From assembly GCA_965261025.1 (NCBI GenBank), contig OZ253438.1, forward strand, positions 540,001 to 572,000: 32,000 bases of DNA. The letters are read 5' to 3'. Within the stretch, counting starts at the first letter, position 1; each line of letters starts with the position of its first letter. Positions 1 through 7,166 of the stretch are shown here, one piece after another. The notes beneath the pieces are model-generated. The model was not told where the DNA came from and made no database searches. It was given only the letters and a program-made list of their open reading frames with translations. The position numbers and the translations under genes were made by a program. Source of the DNA: Chlamydiales bacterium. GTDB lineage: Bacteria > Chlamydiota > Chlamydiia > Chlamydiales > SM23-39.

Positions 1-34
1 GGCACCTGAAAATTTTCGTTTCAAGTGCCTTTTA
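1..34 (+). terminator. Stem-loop at the window edge followed by a short T-run; candidate (possibly bidirectional) terminator
   Basis: GGCACCTGAAA (1-11) pairs with TTTCAAGTGCC (19-29): 11 bp with one C:A mismatch and a 7-nt loop, followed by TTTT (30-33). It lies 13 nt beyond the tRNA-Asn 3' remnant at 43-87. The stem could extend beyond the window. Confidence 0.4.
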
Positions 35-42
35 GTCAAGAT

Positions 43-87
43 CTCCGGATGCTTGATTCGAACAAGCGATCAATGGATTAACAGTCC
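43..87 (-). repeat. 45-nt copy of the 3' part of tRNA-Asn (anticodon arm through discriminator); att-like direct repeat
   Basis: Positions 43-87 match 2421-2465 at 44 of 45 positions in the same orientation. The single mismatch is t70 versus c2448, in the variable loop. Similarity stops abruptly at 87/2465. Confidence 0.85.
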
Positions 88-89
88 TT

Positions 90-260
90 TTCCCTTCCAC
101 CCCCCACAACATCAGGCCAATCATAACAACTACAAAATTAAAAAGTTAGACTCTTCTTCTTTGTGGCGGTGATAAGGGATCTCAAACAAAAGATATATCT
201 AAAGCGAAGGACTACTTAAAAGATTACTTAAAGGAGAAGGAAAAACATGCCAAAAAGTAG
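90..260 (+). pseudogene. 5'-truncated, stop-interrupted remnant of a HigB/RelE-superfamily 'addiction module killer' toxin
   Basis: The frame through 150-260 reads TLLLCGGDKGSQTKDISKAKDYLKDYLKEKEKHAKK*. This is the LLCGGDK..Q.KDI..AK C-terminus characteristic of killer proteins encoded upstream of HigA-family antidotes. Its stop (258-260) overlaps the antitoxin start. An in-frame TAG lies at 147-149. The same frame upstream (..IRPIITTKLKS*) keeps family-like spacing but ends at the att repeat, so roughly the N-terminal half is missing. Confidence 0.6.
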
Positions 261-549
261 AAAATACCAAGACTTTTTAATAGAAGAATTAAAAGATCAC
301 GAACAAGCTGTAGCTTACCTTAATGGAGCCTTAGAAGAAAGTCTTAAAGGAGACGAAGAATCTCAAAATCTTTTTCTTCTGGCTCTTAGAAATGTAGCTG
401 AAGCTCAAGGTGGAATTGGAAATTTAGCAAAAAAAGCCCACTTAGGGAGAGAAAGCCTTTATAAGACTCTTTCCGGAAAAGGAAACCCTAGGTGGCATAC
501 ACTGGTTTCTTTAGTTATTGCTTTGGGTTTAAACTTGAGACTCTCCTAA
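247..549 (+). CDS. higA: HigA-family antitoxin (addiction module antidote protein, HTH DNA-binding)
   Basis: This 100-aa protein contains AQGGIGNLAKKAHLGRESLYKTLSGKGNPRWHTLVSLVIALGLNLRL. That matches the family signature ..G...LA...GLSRESLYRALS..GNP.....L.V..ALGL.L. AGGAGAAGG lies 5-6 nt upstream of the ATG. Confidence 0.85.
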   Translation: MPKSRKYQDFLIEELKDHEQAVAYLNGALEESLKGDEESQNLFLLALRNVAEAQGGIGNLAKKAHLGRESLYKTLSGKGNPRWHTLVSLVIALGLNLRLS

Positions 550-559
550 TAGCTTATTA

Positions 560-1162
560 TCACTTCTTCCAATTAGAAGGCTTTGCCGCTCCTCTTGTTT
601 TAGAAGCAATAACAGGCAATGACTGTCCTAGCTTTATAAGATTATTAATAGAAGAAAGACCTTCTGGATGGAGAGTAATTATGCTTTCTTTATGAATAGG
701 GTAATAGGAGGATTTTTCCATACAGCATTGAGTTGCTTTAATAATATCTTCTATAAAAAGCTCAAGACATATAAAAAAATAGCCATGTAAAATAGATAGA
801 TGAGCCTGAACTTGTGAGCGTTTCTGAAAAAATGCTAGAGAGGCAAATAAATCTCCCTCTCTACTTCCTGTTAATTGGTGAAGAAGACTACATCTAAAAT
901 TATGATAATCTTTCGCTTTAACTAGGGGGTCCTGTCCTTGTTTTTCTGTTTGCTTTTGAGAATATATCTTTTTGATGCCGGGAGAAACTTCGTAGTTAGG
1001 TAAATATTCCCGAAACCAACTGCAAAACTTACTTGCAGAGGTTTTTCCATCCTCAGAATCAATCGCTGAAATGACATCTATTGTTGTAAAAGCTCCAAGT
1101 AATGAAAGTAATGGCAAGTCTTGACTCAGTGAACGTTTAAGCTGATCAAGGTAATATTCCAT
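560..1162 (-). CDS. Hypothetical protein, 200 aa, with a HEPN-like Rx4H motif (candidate RNase/toxin-type domain)
   Basis: The ORF has a good SD (AGAGGGAGA, 4 nt before the ATG). It lies 51 nt downstream of fic on the same strand, with no hairpin between them. The motif YHNFRCSLLHQ (R90-x4-H95, nt 878-895) fits the HEPN Rx4-6H signature. I recognise no other family. Confidence 0.35.
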   Translation of the reverse strand: MEYYLDQLKRSLSQDLPLLSLLGAFTTIDVISAIDSEDGKTSASKFCSWFREYLPNYEVSPGIKKIYSQKQTEKQGQDPLVKAKDYHNFRCSLLHQLTGSREGDLFASLAFFQKRSQVQAHLSILHGYFFICLELFIEDIIKATQCCMEKSSYYPIHKESIITLHPEGLSSINNLIKLGQSLPVIASKTRGAAKPSNWKK

Positions 1163-1213
1163 TTAATCTCCCTCTTTTGATTGGTTAAATCTGAGAAATG
1201 ATATTCTTAATCA

Positions 1214-2305
1214 CTATTTCAGCAATTCTTCATATCGAGCTGACAACTTGTACTTGCGCCCCCTATTGGAAAAATCGATAATTGTAAGAAAGTCTTCTTT
1301 TACCCATTGAGAACAAAGAGCTGCACTTGTACGCGACTTATAACCAAATAGCTCCCCTATTTGATGACTTGTAACGACTTCAAATTGTTGAAATAATTCC
1401 AAAACCTTGCGTTGTTTAGGATCAAGTTTTTTTAATAAACTGCTTTGATCAGAAAAACCTTTTTCGCTCGCTTCTGACATATACTTCAAAACGTTTTCGA
1501 AAGAAAAAACCATCCCTTCAACAAAATATTCAATCCATTTTGTAATATCAGCATCCGCTCGTCCCATACAATAGTTATGAGACGTTCCAATACTTATTGC
1601 CTCATAATAAGCTCCCAAGTTACGAGCATAATATTCCTCTAATGAGTAGATTCCTTTTAAGTCATATTCACCTAGATATAAAATCAGCGTTGTAAAAAGC
1701 CTAGCTGTCCTTCCATTTCCATCATAATAAGGGTGAATAGTTGCAAATTGATAGTGAGTAATTGCAGCAATTAAAGGGCAAGGAAGGTCTTTATTGTGAT
1801 TAATCCAGTTTACAAGAGATACCATTAATTTATTAACATCCTTAGCTTCAGGAGGCATATAAATAATCGCTTTAGTTCGAGCGTCTCGAATTACATTCTG
1901 TCCATCACGGTATTTTGATAGCTGTACATTCTGCCTTCCATTAGCCATAACAAGCGCATGCAGGGTTTGAATATGTTTTTCTGTGATTTTTATATTTTTT
2001 GCCGTCCATTTCTCCACCTGCGTTAAAGCTATGTAATACCCCTTAACTTCATGCTCTTCTCGTTCTCTTCCAGGAAAATGTCCTTTATGCTTCACGACTT
2101 CCTGAATCTGATTAGGCTCAAGTTGATTGCCTTCAATCATCGTTGAATAATGTGTCGTGTACAAACGAGCTGTCTCCCTTAAAGAATTCAAAATCATTGG
2201 AGTCACAGGTAAATGCATTACTTTTTCTTTTGCAGACTCAATGCGCATAAGATAGGACATGACTTTAGGAGAAATAGTGTAGTTTGGCTTAAACTTTATC
2301 GGCAT
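1214..2305 (-). CDS. fic: Fic-domain protein (AMPylase-type) with an N-terminal autoinhibitory motif and a C-terminal winged-helix region
   Basis: The Fic active-site motif HPYYDGNGRTAR (residues 191-202, nt 1700-1735) fits HxFx(D/E)GNGRxxR. The Fic_N-type inhibitory motif STMIEG (residues 54-59, nt 2129-2146) fits (S/T)xxxE(G/N). The C-terminal roughly 70 aa (KQRKVLELFQQFEVVTSHQIGELFGYKSRTSAALCSQWV) looks like a wHTH. Confidence 0.9.
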   Translation of the reverse strand: MPIKFKPNYTISPKVMSYLMRIESAKEKVMHLPVTPMILNSLRETARLYTTHYSTMIEGNQLEPNQIQEVVKHKGHFPGREREEHEVKGYYIALTQVEKWTAKNIKITEKHIQTLHALVMANGRQNVQLSKYRDGQNVIRDARTKAIIYMPPEAKDVNKLMVSLVNWINHNKDLPCPLIAAITHYQFATIHPYYDGNGRTARLFTTLILYLGEYDLKGIYSLEEYYARNLGAYYEAISIGTSHNYCMGRADADITKWIEYFVEGMVFSFENVLKYMSEASEKGFSDQSSLLKKLDPKQRKVLELFQQFEVVTSHQIGELFGYKSRTSAALCSQWVKEDFLTIIDFSNRGRKYKLSARYEELLK

Positions 2306-2346
2306 AATAACAGCAATTTATCAGCATATTTTATACATTGTATTAT

Positions 2347-2366
2347 GCAGATAAAACGCAGATAAA
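2347..2366 (-). promoter_or_regulatory. Tandem 9-bp direct repeat (GCAGATAAA x2, 11-bp register) overlapping the likely fic promoter; candidate operator
   Basis: The repeats occupy 2347-2355 and 2358-2366. On the minus strand this reads TTTATCTGC-GT-TTTATCTGC, lying 17 nt upstream of a TACAAT -10-like hexamer (2342->2337) and about 45-60 nt upstream of the fic ATG. Confidence 0.3.
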
Positions 2367-2381
2367 GCCAATAATAAGGGG

Positions 2382-2415
2382 CAAAAAACAGAAACCCACT
2401 CAAAATGAGTGGGTT
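2382..2415 (-). terminator. Rho-independent terminator immediately downstream of tRNA-Asn
   Basis: A perfect 9-bp stem pairs AACCCACTC (2393-2401) with GAGTGGGTT (2407-2415) around a 5-nt loop. On the minus strand it is followed by TCTGTTTTTTG. It starts 5 nt after the tRNA 3' end. Confidence 0.75.
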
Positions 2416-2420
2416 AGAAA

Positions 2421-2492
2421 CTCCGGATGCTTGATTCGAACAAGCGACCAATGGATTAACAGTCCACTGCTCTACCGCTGAGCTAATCCGGA
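2421..2492 (-). tRNA. tRNA-Asn (anticodon GUU)
   Basis: The reverse complement folds by eye as a cloverleaf: TCCGGAT-TA-GCTC-AGCGGT-AGAGC-A-GTGGA-CTGTTAA-TCCAT-TGGTC-GCTTG-TTCGAAT-CAAGC-ATCCGGA-G. All four stems are complementary and the anticodon loop is CT-GTT-AA. CCA is not encoded. Confidence 0.9.
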
Positions 2493-2774
2493 TTAAAAAA
2501 CGGAAAATGACACCCCAAGGGTAAACCTCCCCGCCAAAGATCTTGGATACTAATATACAAGGTCTTTTAAGGAACGAATTGTAAGACGGAAAGTTCGAAA
2601 ATCGCAAGCAAAATTTACAGAATAGGGCAATTGTCCTATCTCAGTATCTCCGGTTTTGAATTACTGACTTTAAGAGCGCCTCGGGTAAAAACCTTCTTAA
2701 TTTCTTTCCAAGAACCTTGCCTGTTCAGGAAAGAAAATGCTAGAGTATCTGAAAATTGCCTAGATACGCCTCTT

Positions 2775-4937
2775 ATGGACTCTATAGCTGGTTTCATAGA
2801 AACTATTTTATACGTTAGCCCAGATACGGGTTTTACCATTGCCAAAATTAAGGAAGAAAAGAAAAAAACTCTTACTACTGTTCTCGGTTACATCCCTTCC
2901 GTACAGCCTGGAGAATCTCTACTTTGCAAAGGAAGCTGGAAGAGCCATCCCAAGCATGGCATGCAATTTGAAGTTTCCGAATATGAGATAACAGCTCCTT
3001 CTGATCTTATTGGAATTCAAAAGTATCTAGAATCAGGCCTTATTAAGGGAATTGGTCCTGTATACGCCAAGAAAATTATTCAAAAATTCAAGGAAAGAAC
3101 TCTTGAAATTCTAGAACAGACTCCTTATCGCCTTCTAGAACTTGAAGGAATAGGAAAGAAAAAAATCCAAAGTATCATCCAATGTTGGCAAGAACAAAAA
3201 TCCATCCGTAACGTGATGATTTTCCTGAGAAAGCATGAAGTAAGCCCTGCCTATGCCCAGAAAATCTTCAAAGCTTATGGCCAAGATAGCATAGAGCAGG
3301 TAAAAAAAAATCCCTATCAGCTAGCCAAAGAAGTATTTGGAATCGGCTTTAAAATAGCAGATAGCTTAGCAAAAAACTTAGGATTTGATCCTTCTTCTCC
3401 AGAAAGGCTTCAGGCTGCTTTAGAGTTTTTGTTATGGGATCTTTCTACTGAAGGGCATACCTGCTACCCAGAAAAAGCTCTGATAGAAAAAGCTTCTACT
3501 ATGTTAGAGGTAGAAAAACAGGAGATTGAAAAAAACTTAGCATCTCTTCTACAACTCCACCAAATCCGAAAAGAGAATAAACTTTTAGAAGGGGAAAATA
3601 TCCCCTTTATATGGCTTGCCCTCCTTTATAACAGCGAAAAAACTATCTGCAAAGAAATCACAAGAATTATAGAAGCGCCTTCTGCCATTCGTTCCATAGA
3701 CAAAGAAAAGGCCCTTTCCTGGGTAGAAGAAAAGCTTTTTATTTCTCTAGCAGAAAAACAAAAAGAGGCTCTTTTACAAGCTTTTTTACAAAAAATTCAT
3801 ATCATAACAGGAGGGCCCGGTACAGGAAAGAGTACTATTACGAAAGCGCTGCTTACTATTCTGCAAAAGCTCACTCCTAATTTACTCCTTTGTGCTCCCA
3901 CGGGAAAAGCCGCTAAAAGACTAACACAAATTACCCACAAAAAGGCCTTCACTATCCATAGTTTGCTCGAAATGGACTTTATAAGCGGTGGTTTTAAGAA
4001 AAATCGGAATAACCCTCTTTCTTGTGACTTTTTGATTGTAGATGAAGCTAGTATGATCGATACCTTTTTAATGCTTCATCTTCTCTCTGCTATTCCTTCT
4101 CATTCTCAAGTTCTTTTCATTGGAGACATTGATCAGCTTCCCAGTATTGGTCCGGGATCTGTACTAAAAGATCTTATTGCCTCCCAAAAAATCCCTGTTT
4201 CTACCCTTACTGAAATCTTTCGCCAAGCTTCTTATTCTAGGATTATTTTAAATGCACACCGAATTAACAAAGGAGATTTTCCCGATCTTTTTGAATCAGA
4301 AAAGAGTGATTTCCGTTTTTTTTCTGTGGAAGAACCAGAGAAAATTCAGGAAAAGATCGTAGAGCTTCTTCAGGAAATTCCTCGAAAAAAAAAGTGGAAT
4401 CCTTTGCAAGACATACAGGTGCTTTCTCCTATGAAAAAAGGCCTTATAGGAACAGAGCAATTAAATGAGCTTTTACAAAAAACCCTAAATCCTAGCTCCT
4501 CTCCTTTTTACAGAGGAGGAAGAAAGTTTCACAAGAAGGATAAGGTAATACAGGTCAAAAATAATTATCAAAAAAAAGTATTTAATGGGGACGTAGGCCT
4601 TATAGAAAGAATTGACCTTGCAGAGCAAAGGATGGTTATTTTATTTGAAGAAAAGGAAGTAGAATATGACTTTTCAGAACTAGATGAAATCTCTTTAGCT
4701 TATGCAGTTTCAGTGCATAAATACCAAGGCAGTGAATGCCCTTGTATCCTTATGCCAATTCATACAAGCCATTTTATCCTTTTGCAAAGAAACCTTCTTT
4801 ACACAGCAATAACTCGAGGAAAAAGGCTGGTTCTTCTCGTAGGATCCAAGAAAGCAGTAGCTCTTGCTGTGAAAAATGATAAAGTCTTAAAAAGATTTAC
4901 TGCTTTAGAAGCTTTTTTAAAAGAGTCTATAGCTTGA
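2775..4937 (+). CDS. recD2: RecD2-type ATP-dependent 5'-3' DNA helicase (SF1B)
   Basis: Evidence includes Walker A GGPGTGKST, LIVDEASM, FIGDIDQLPSIGPG, and C-terminal VHKYQGSE..LLYTAITRGK. The N-terminal HhH-rich region is typical of RecD2. The ORF-track start at 2631 is a TTG. The ATG at 2775 (MDSIAGFIETI..) fits the family N-terminus better. Confidence 0.85.
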   Translation: MDSIAGFIETILYVSPDTGFTIAKIKEEKKKTLTTVLGYIPSVQPGESLLCKGSWKSHPKHGMQFEVSEYEITAPSDLIGIQKYLESGLIKGIGPVYAKKIIQKFKERTLEILEQTPYRLLELEGIGKKKIQSIIQCWQEQKSIRNVMIFLRKHEVSPAYAQKIFKAYGQDSIEQVKKNPYQLAKEVFGIGFKIADSLAKNLGFDPSSPERLQAALEFLLWDLSTEGHTCYPEKALIEKASTMLEVEKQEIEKNLASLLQLHQIRKENKLLEGENIPFIWLALLYNSEKTICKEITRIIEAPSAIRSIDKEKALSWVEEKLFISLAEKQKEALLQAFLQKIHIITGGPGTGKSTITKALLTILQKLTPNLLLCAPTGKAAKRLTQITHKKAFTIHSLLEMDFISGGFKKNRNNPLSCDFLIVDEASMIDTFLMLHLLSAIPSHSQVLFIGDIDQLPSIGPGSVLKDLIASQKIPVSTLTEIFRQASYSRIILNAHRINKGDFPDLFESEKSDFRFFSVEEPEKIQEKIVELLQEIPRKKKWNPLQDIQVLSPMKKGLIGTEQLNELLQKTLNPSSSPFYRGGRKFHKKDKVIQVKNNYQKKVFNGDVGLIERIDLAEQRMVILFEEKEVEYDFSELDEISLAYAVSVHKYQGSECPCILMPIHTSHFILLQRNLLYTAITRGKRLVLLVGSKKAVALAVKNDKVLKRFTALEAFLKESIA

Positions 4938-4938
4938 G

Positions 4939-6942
4939 CTAGCTTACAATACTCCCTGCTGGAAGATCTTGGATAGAAGGAAGCTCCAACTTACCAAAAG
5001 ACTCTGCCGCCAAAATCATCCCTTCACTTTCTATTCCCATGATCTTAGCAGGTTTCAAATTAGCAACAAAAAGTACTTTTTTTCCTATTAAATTTTCTAA
5101 AGAAAAATAAGGAGCAATTCCTGATACCACTGTCCTTGTCTCCTTTCCTAAAGAAACTTCTATTTTTAATAACTTATGACTTTTTTCCACCTTCTCTACA
5201 GAAAGAATTTCTGCTATTTTCAGTTTCATTTTTTGAAACTCTTCAAAAGTAATAAAAGGATCTTTAGAAGGGGTATCTCCCTTGAGGTTTTCGAGTTCTT
5301 TTTCCATTTGCGCCTCCTCTATTTTTTGAAAAAGGGTAGTTGGCGTTTGTAGAGGTCCTTCTATTTTTTTCTGGATAGCCTCCTTCCAACTTCCCTGTAA
5401 AAGTCCTTCTAATCCTAAAAACTGCACTATTTTTGAAGCGCTTTCCGGAATAATGGGAAACGAGCTAATAGCCAATAGCTTTACACATTCTAAAAAGGAA
5501 TACAGAACGGAATAAAGTTTTTCTCTATCTTCTTCCCTTTTGAATAGAACCCAGGGTTTTGTTGCATCAAAATAGACATTAGCCTTTTGGGCTAAATTCA
5601 TAATCTCCTGACAAGCCCTTCTAGGAGAAAAAGATTCATAACAAAAAGCGACTTTTTCACAAAGAGCCCTTGCTTCACGAATAAACTTCTTTTCCTCTTC
5701 TAAAAGGGATATTTTAGGAAGAGGCTCATCTCCCCAGACCTTTTTACAAAAAAGGAGCGTTCTATGAACAAAATTCCCTAATTTTCCTAAAAGCTCGCTG
5801 TTGCTCCTCCTTTGAAAATCTTTAAAGCTAAACTCAGAATCAGCTGTCTCCGGGGCATTGGCACAAAGAGCATAGCGAAGCTGGTCTGAGGTATATCTTT
5901 TTAAAAAAGAGGCCAAATCTACAAACCACCCTTCAGATTTAGAAAATTGTTTCCCTTCCAAGAGAAAAAATTCATTGGCAGCAAGAACGTCTACTAGATG
6001 ATAAGGCTTTTTTAATCCCAAAAGCATAGCAGGAAAAAACGCAGCGTGAAAAGGAATATTATCCTTTCCAATAAACTGCACGTAGCAAACCTCTGGATCT
6101 TCCCAAAACTCTTTCCATTTTTCCTTCTCTCCTATTTTTTCTGCCCATTCTTGCGTTGCAGAAAGATAACCTATAGGAGCATCAAACCATACATAAAAAA
6201 CTTTATCCTTGGCCTCTTTTAAAGGAACCTCTACTCCCCAAGAAGAATCCCTTGTAATTGCCCTCGGCCTCAACTCTTCGATATAGTTTTTTGCAAAGCT
6301 CAGTACAGATTCCTTCCAAGGCTTTTCTTTAATCCATAAAAGAAGCTTTTCCTTGAAAAGGTCTAGTCTTAAATACCAGTGAAGACTCTCTTTTAAAACC
6401 AAAGAAGATCCAGTTAAGCTCGACCTTGGTTTGATCAGCTGTTCCGCTTCAAAACTAGCTCCACATTGGGGGCATTCATCTCCTCTAGCCTTTTCATAAG
6501 AACATTTAGGGCAGACACCCACTACATACCTATCTGCTAAAAACTTGCCTTCTTTTGAAGAGTAAAGATGGTTTTTCTTCTTCTTTTCTATATAGCCATT
6601 TTTCTCCATCTCCAAAAACATCTCTTGAACTAAGGGCTTATGAAATTGATTAGTGGTTCTCGAATAATGATCAAAAGAAATCTGCATGGAAGCAAGTAAC
6701 GAGGCATTCAGGGTATGAAAAAATTCTATATACTCCTGATAGGTTTTCCCTTCTTTTTCTGCATTCAAAGTAATAGGAAGACCATATTCATCAGACCCTG
6801 AGAGGAACAAAACCTTCTTATTTTGCATTCTTTGGAATCTAGCGTATACATCTGCTGGTAGAAAAGCCCCTGCCAAATGGCCAAAATGAAGGGGGCCGTT
6901 AGCATATAAAAGAGCTGCGGTAATAAGAACCTTTTGCTCCAT
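4939..6942 (-). CDS. metG: Methionyl-tRNA synthetase with a C-terminal tRNA-binding (Trbp111-like) domain
   Basis: The class I HIGH variant HFGHLAG and the KMSKS variant KFSKS are present. There is a zinc knuckle CPKC..CPQC. The C-terminal motif is LKIAEILSVEKVEKSHKLLKIEV. Confidence 0.95.
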   Translation of the reverse strand: MEQKVLITAALLYANGPLHFGHLAGAFLPADVYARFQRMQNKKVLFLSGSDEYGLPITLNAEKEGKTYQEYIEFFHTLNASLLASMQISFDHYSRTTNQFHKPLVQEMFLEMEKNGYIEKKKKNHLYSSKEGKFLADRYVVGVCPKCSYEKARGDECPQCGASFEAEQLIKPRSSLTGSSLVLKESLHWYLRLDLFKEKLLLWIKEKPWKESVLSFAKNYIEELRPRAITRDSSWGVEVPLKEAKDKVFYVWFDAPIGYLSATQEWAEKIGEKEKWKEFWEDPEVCYVQFIGKDNIPFHAAFFPAMLLGLKKPYHLVDVLAANEFFLLEGKQFSKSEGWFVDLASFLKRYTSDQLRYALCANAPETADSEFSFKDFQRRSNSELLGKLGNFVHRTLLFCKKVWGDEPLPKISLLEEEKKFIREARALCEKVAFCYESFSPRRACQEIMNLAQKANVYFDATKPWVLFKREEDREKLYSVLYSFLECVKLLAISSFPIIPESASKIVQFLGLEGLLQGSWKEAIQKKIEGPLQTPTTLFQKIEEAQMEKELENLKGDTPSKDPFITFEEFQKMKLKIAEILSVEKVEKSHKLLKIEVSLGKETRTVVSGIAPYFSLENLIGKKVLFVANLKPAKIMGIESEGMILAAESFGKLELPSIQDLPAGSIVS

Positions 6943-7152
6943 CTAAGAACGAAGACCTAATTCTTTTTTTTCTTCCTTGTCAGAAATAAGTTTTATCTGG
7001 GTTTCTATCTTCTCTAGTAAAGAATCTAAACTAGTAAAATCCCCTTCTTTTACTTCCTTTTTCCCTATTTTGATAGCAAAATTTGCCAAAGAAAAACTAC
7101 CAATAAAATACTTTCTCAAAAACTCATTGGATAAACTTTTTTTTCTTCTCAT
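6943..7152 (-). CDS. Small conserved-position ORF (69 aa) between gmk and metG; possibly a divergent RNA polymerase omega subunit
   Basis: The ORF lies immediately downstream of gmk, the classic gmk-rpoZ arrangement. GSFSLANFAIKIGKK loosely follows the omega pattern (aromatic-x-L-x3-A/S-x-K/R), and LDSLLEKIETQI resembles the ALEEI..G segment. The core ARRA is not conserved. Its stop abuts the metG ATG. Confidence 0.35.
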   Translation of the reverse strand: MRRKKSLSNEFLRKYFIGSFSLANFAIKIGKKEVKEGDFTSLDSLLEKIETQIKLISDKEEKKELGLRS

Positions 7153-7166
7153 ATATCTCCTATTTT

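Noticed and set aside
492-695. 67-aa plus-strand ORF overlapping the higA 3' end and the antisense of the 200-aa ORF
   Set aside because: It overlaps two better-supported genes and has no SD or recognisable motif. It is most likely a chance ORF.
88-2420. Search for an integrase/recombinase, transposase or inverted terminal repeats inside the tRNA-Asn islet
   Set aside because: No ORF of suitable size or motif (R..H..R..Y, DDE) exists in any frame, so the islet cannot be called an active mobile element.
2296-2607. 103-aa minus-strand ORF from the track
   Set aside because: It runs straight through tRNA-Asn and its terminator and starts at a TTG. It has low-complexity composition and no SD. 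The tRNA explains the region.
2631-2774. TTG-initiated 48-aa N-terminal extension of recD2
   Set aside because: It bears no resemblance to RecD2 N-termini and would place the start in the tRNA promoter region. ATG 2775 is more plausible, though this is not proven.
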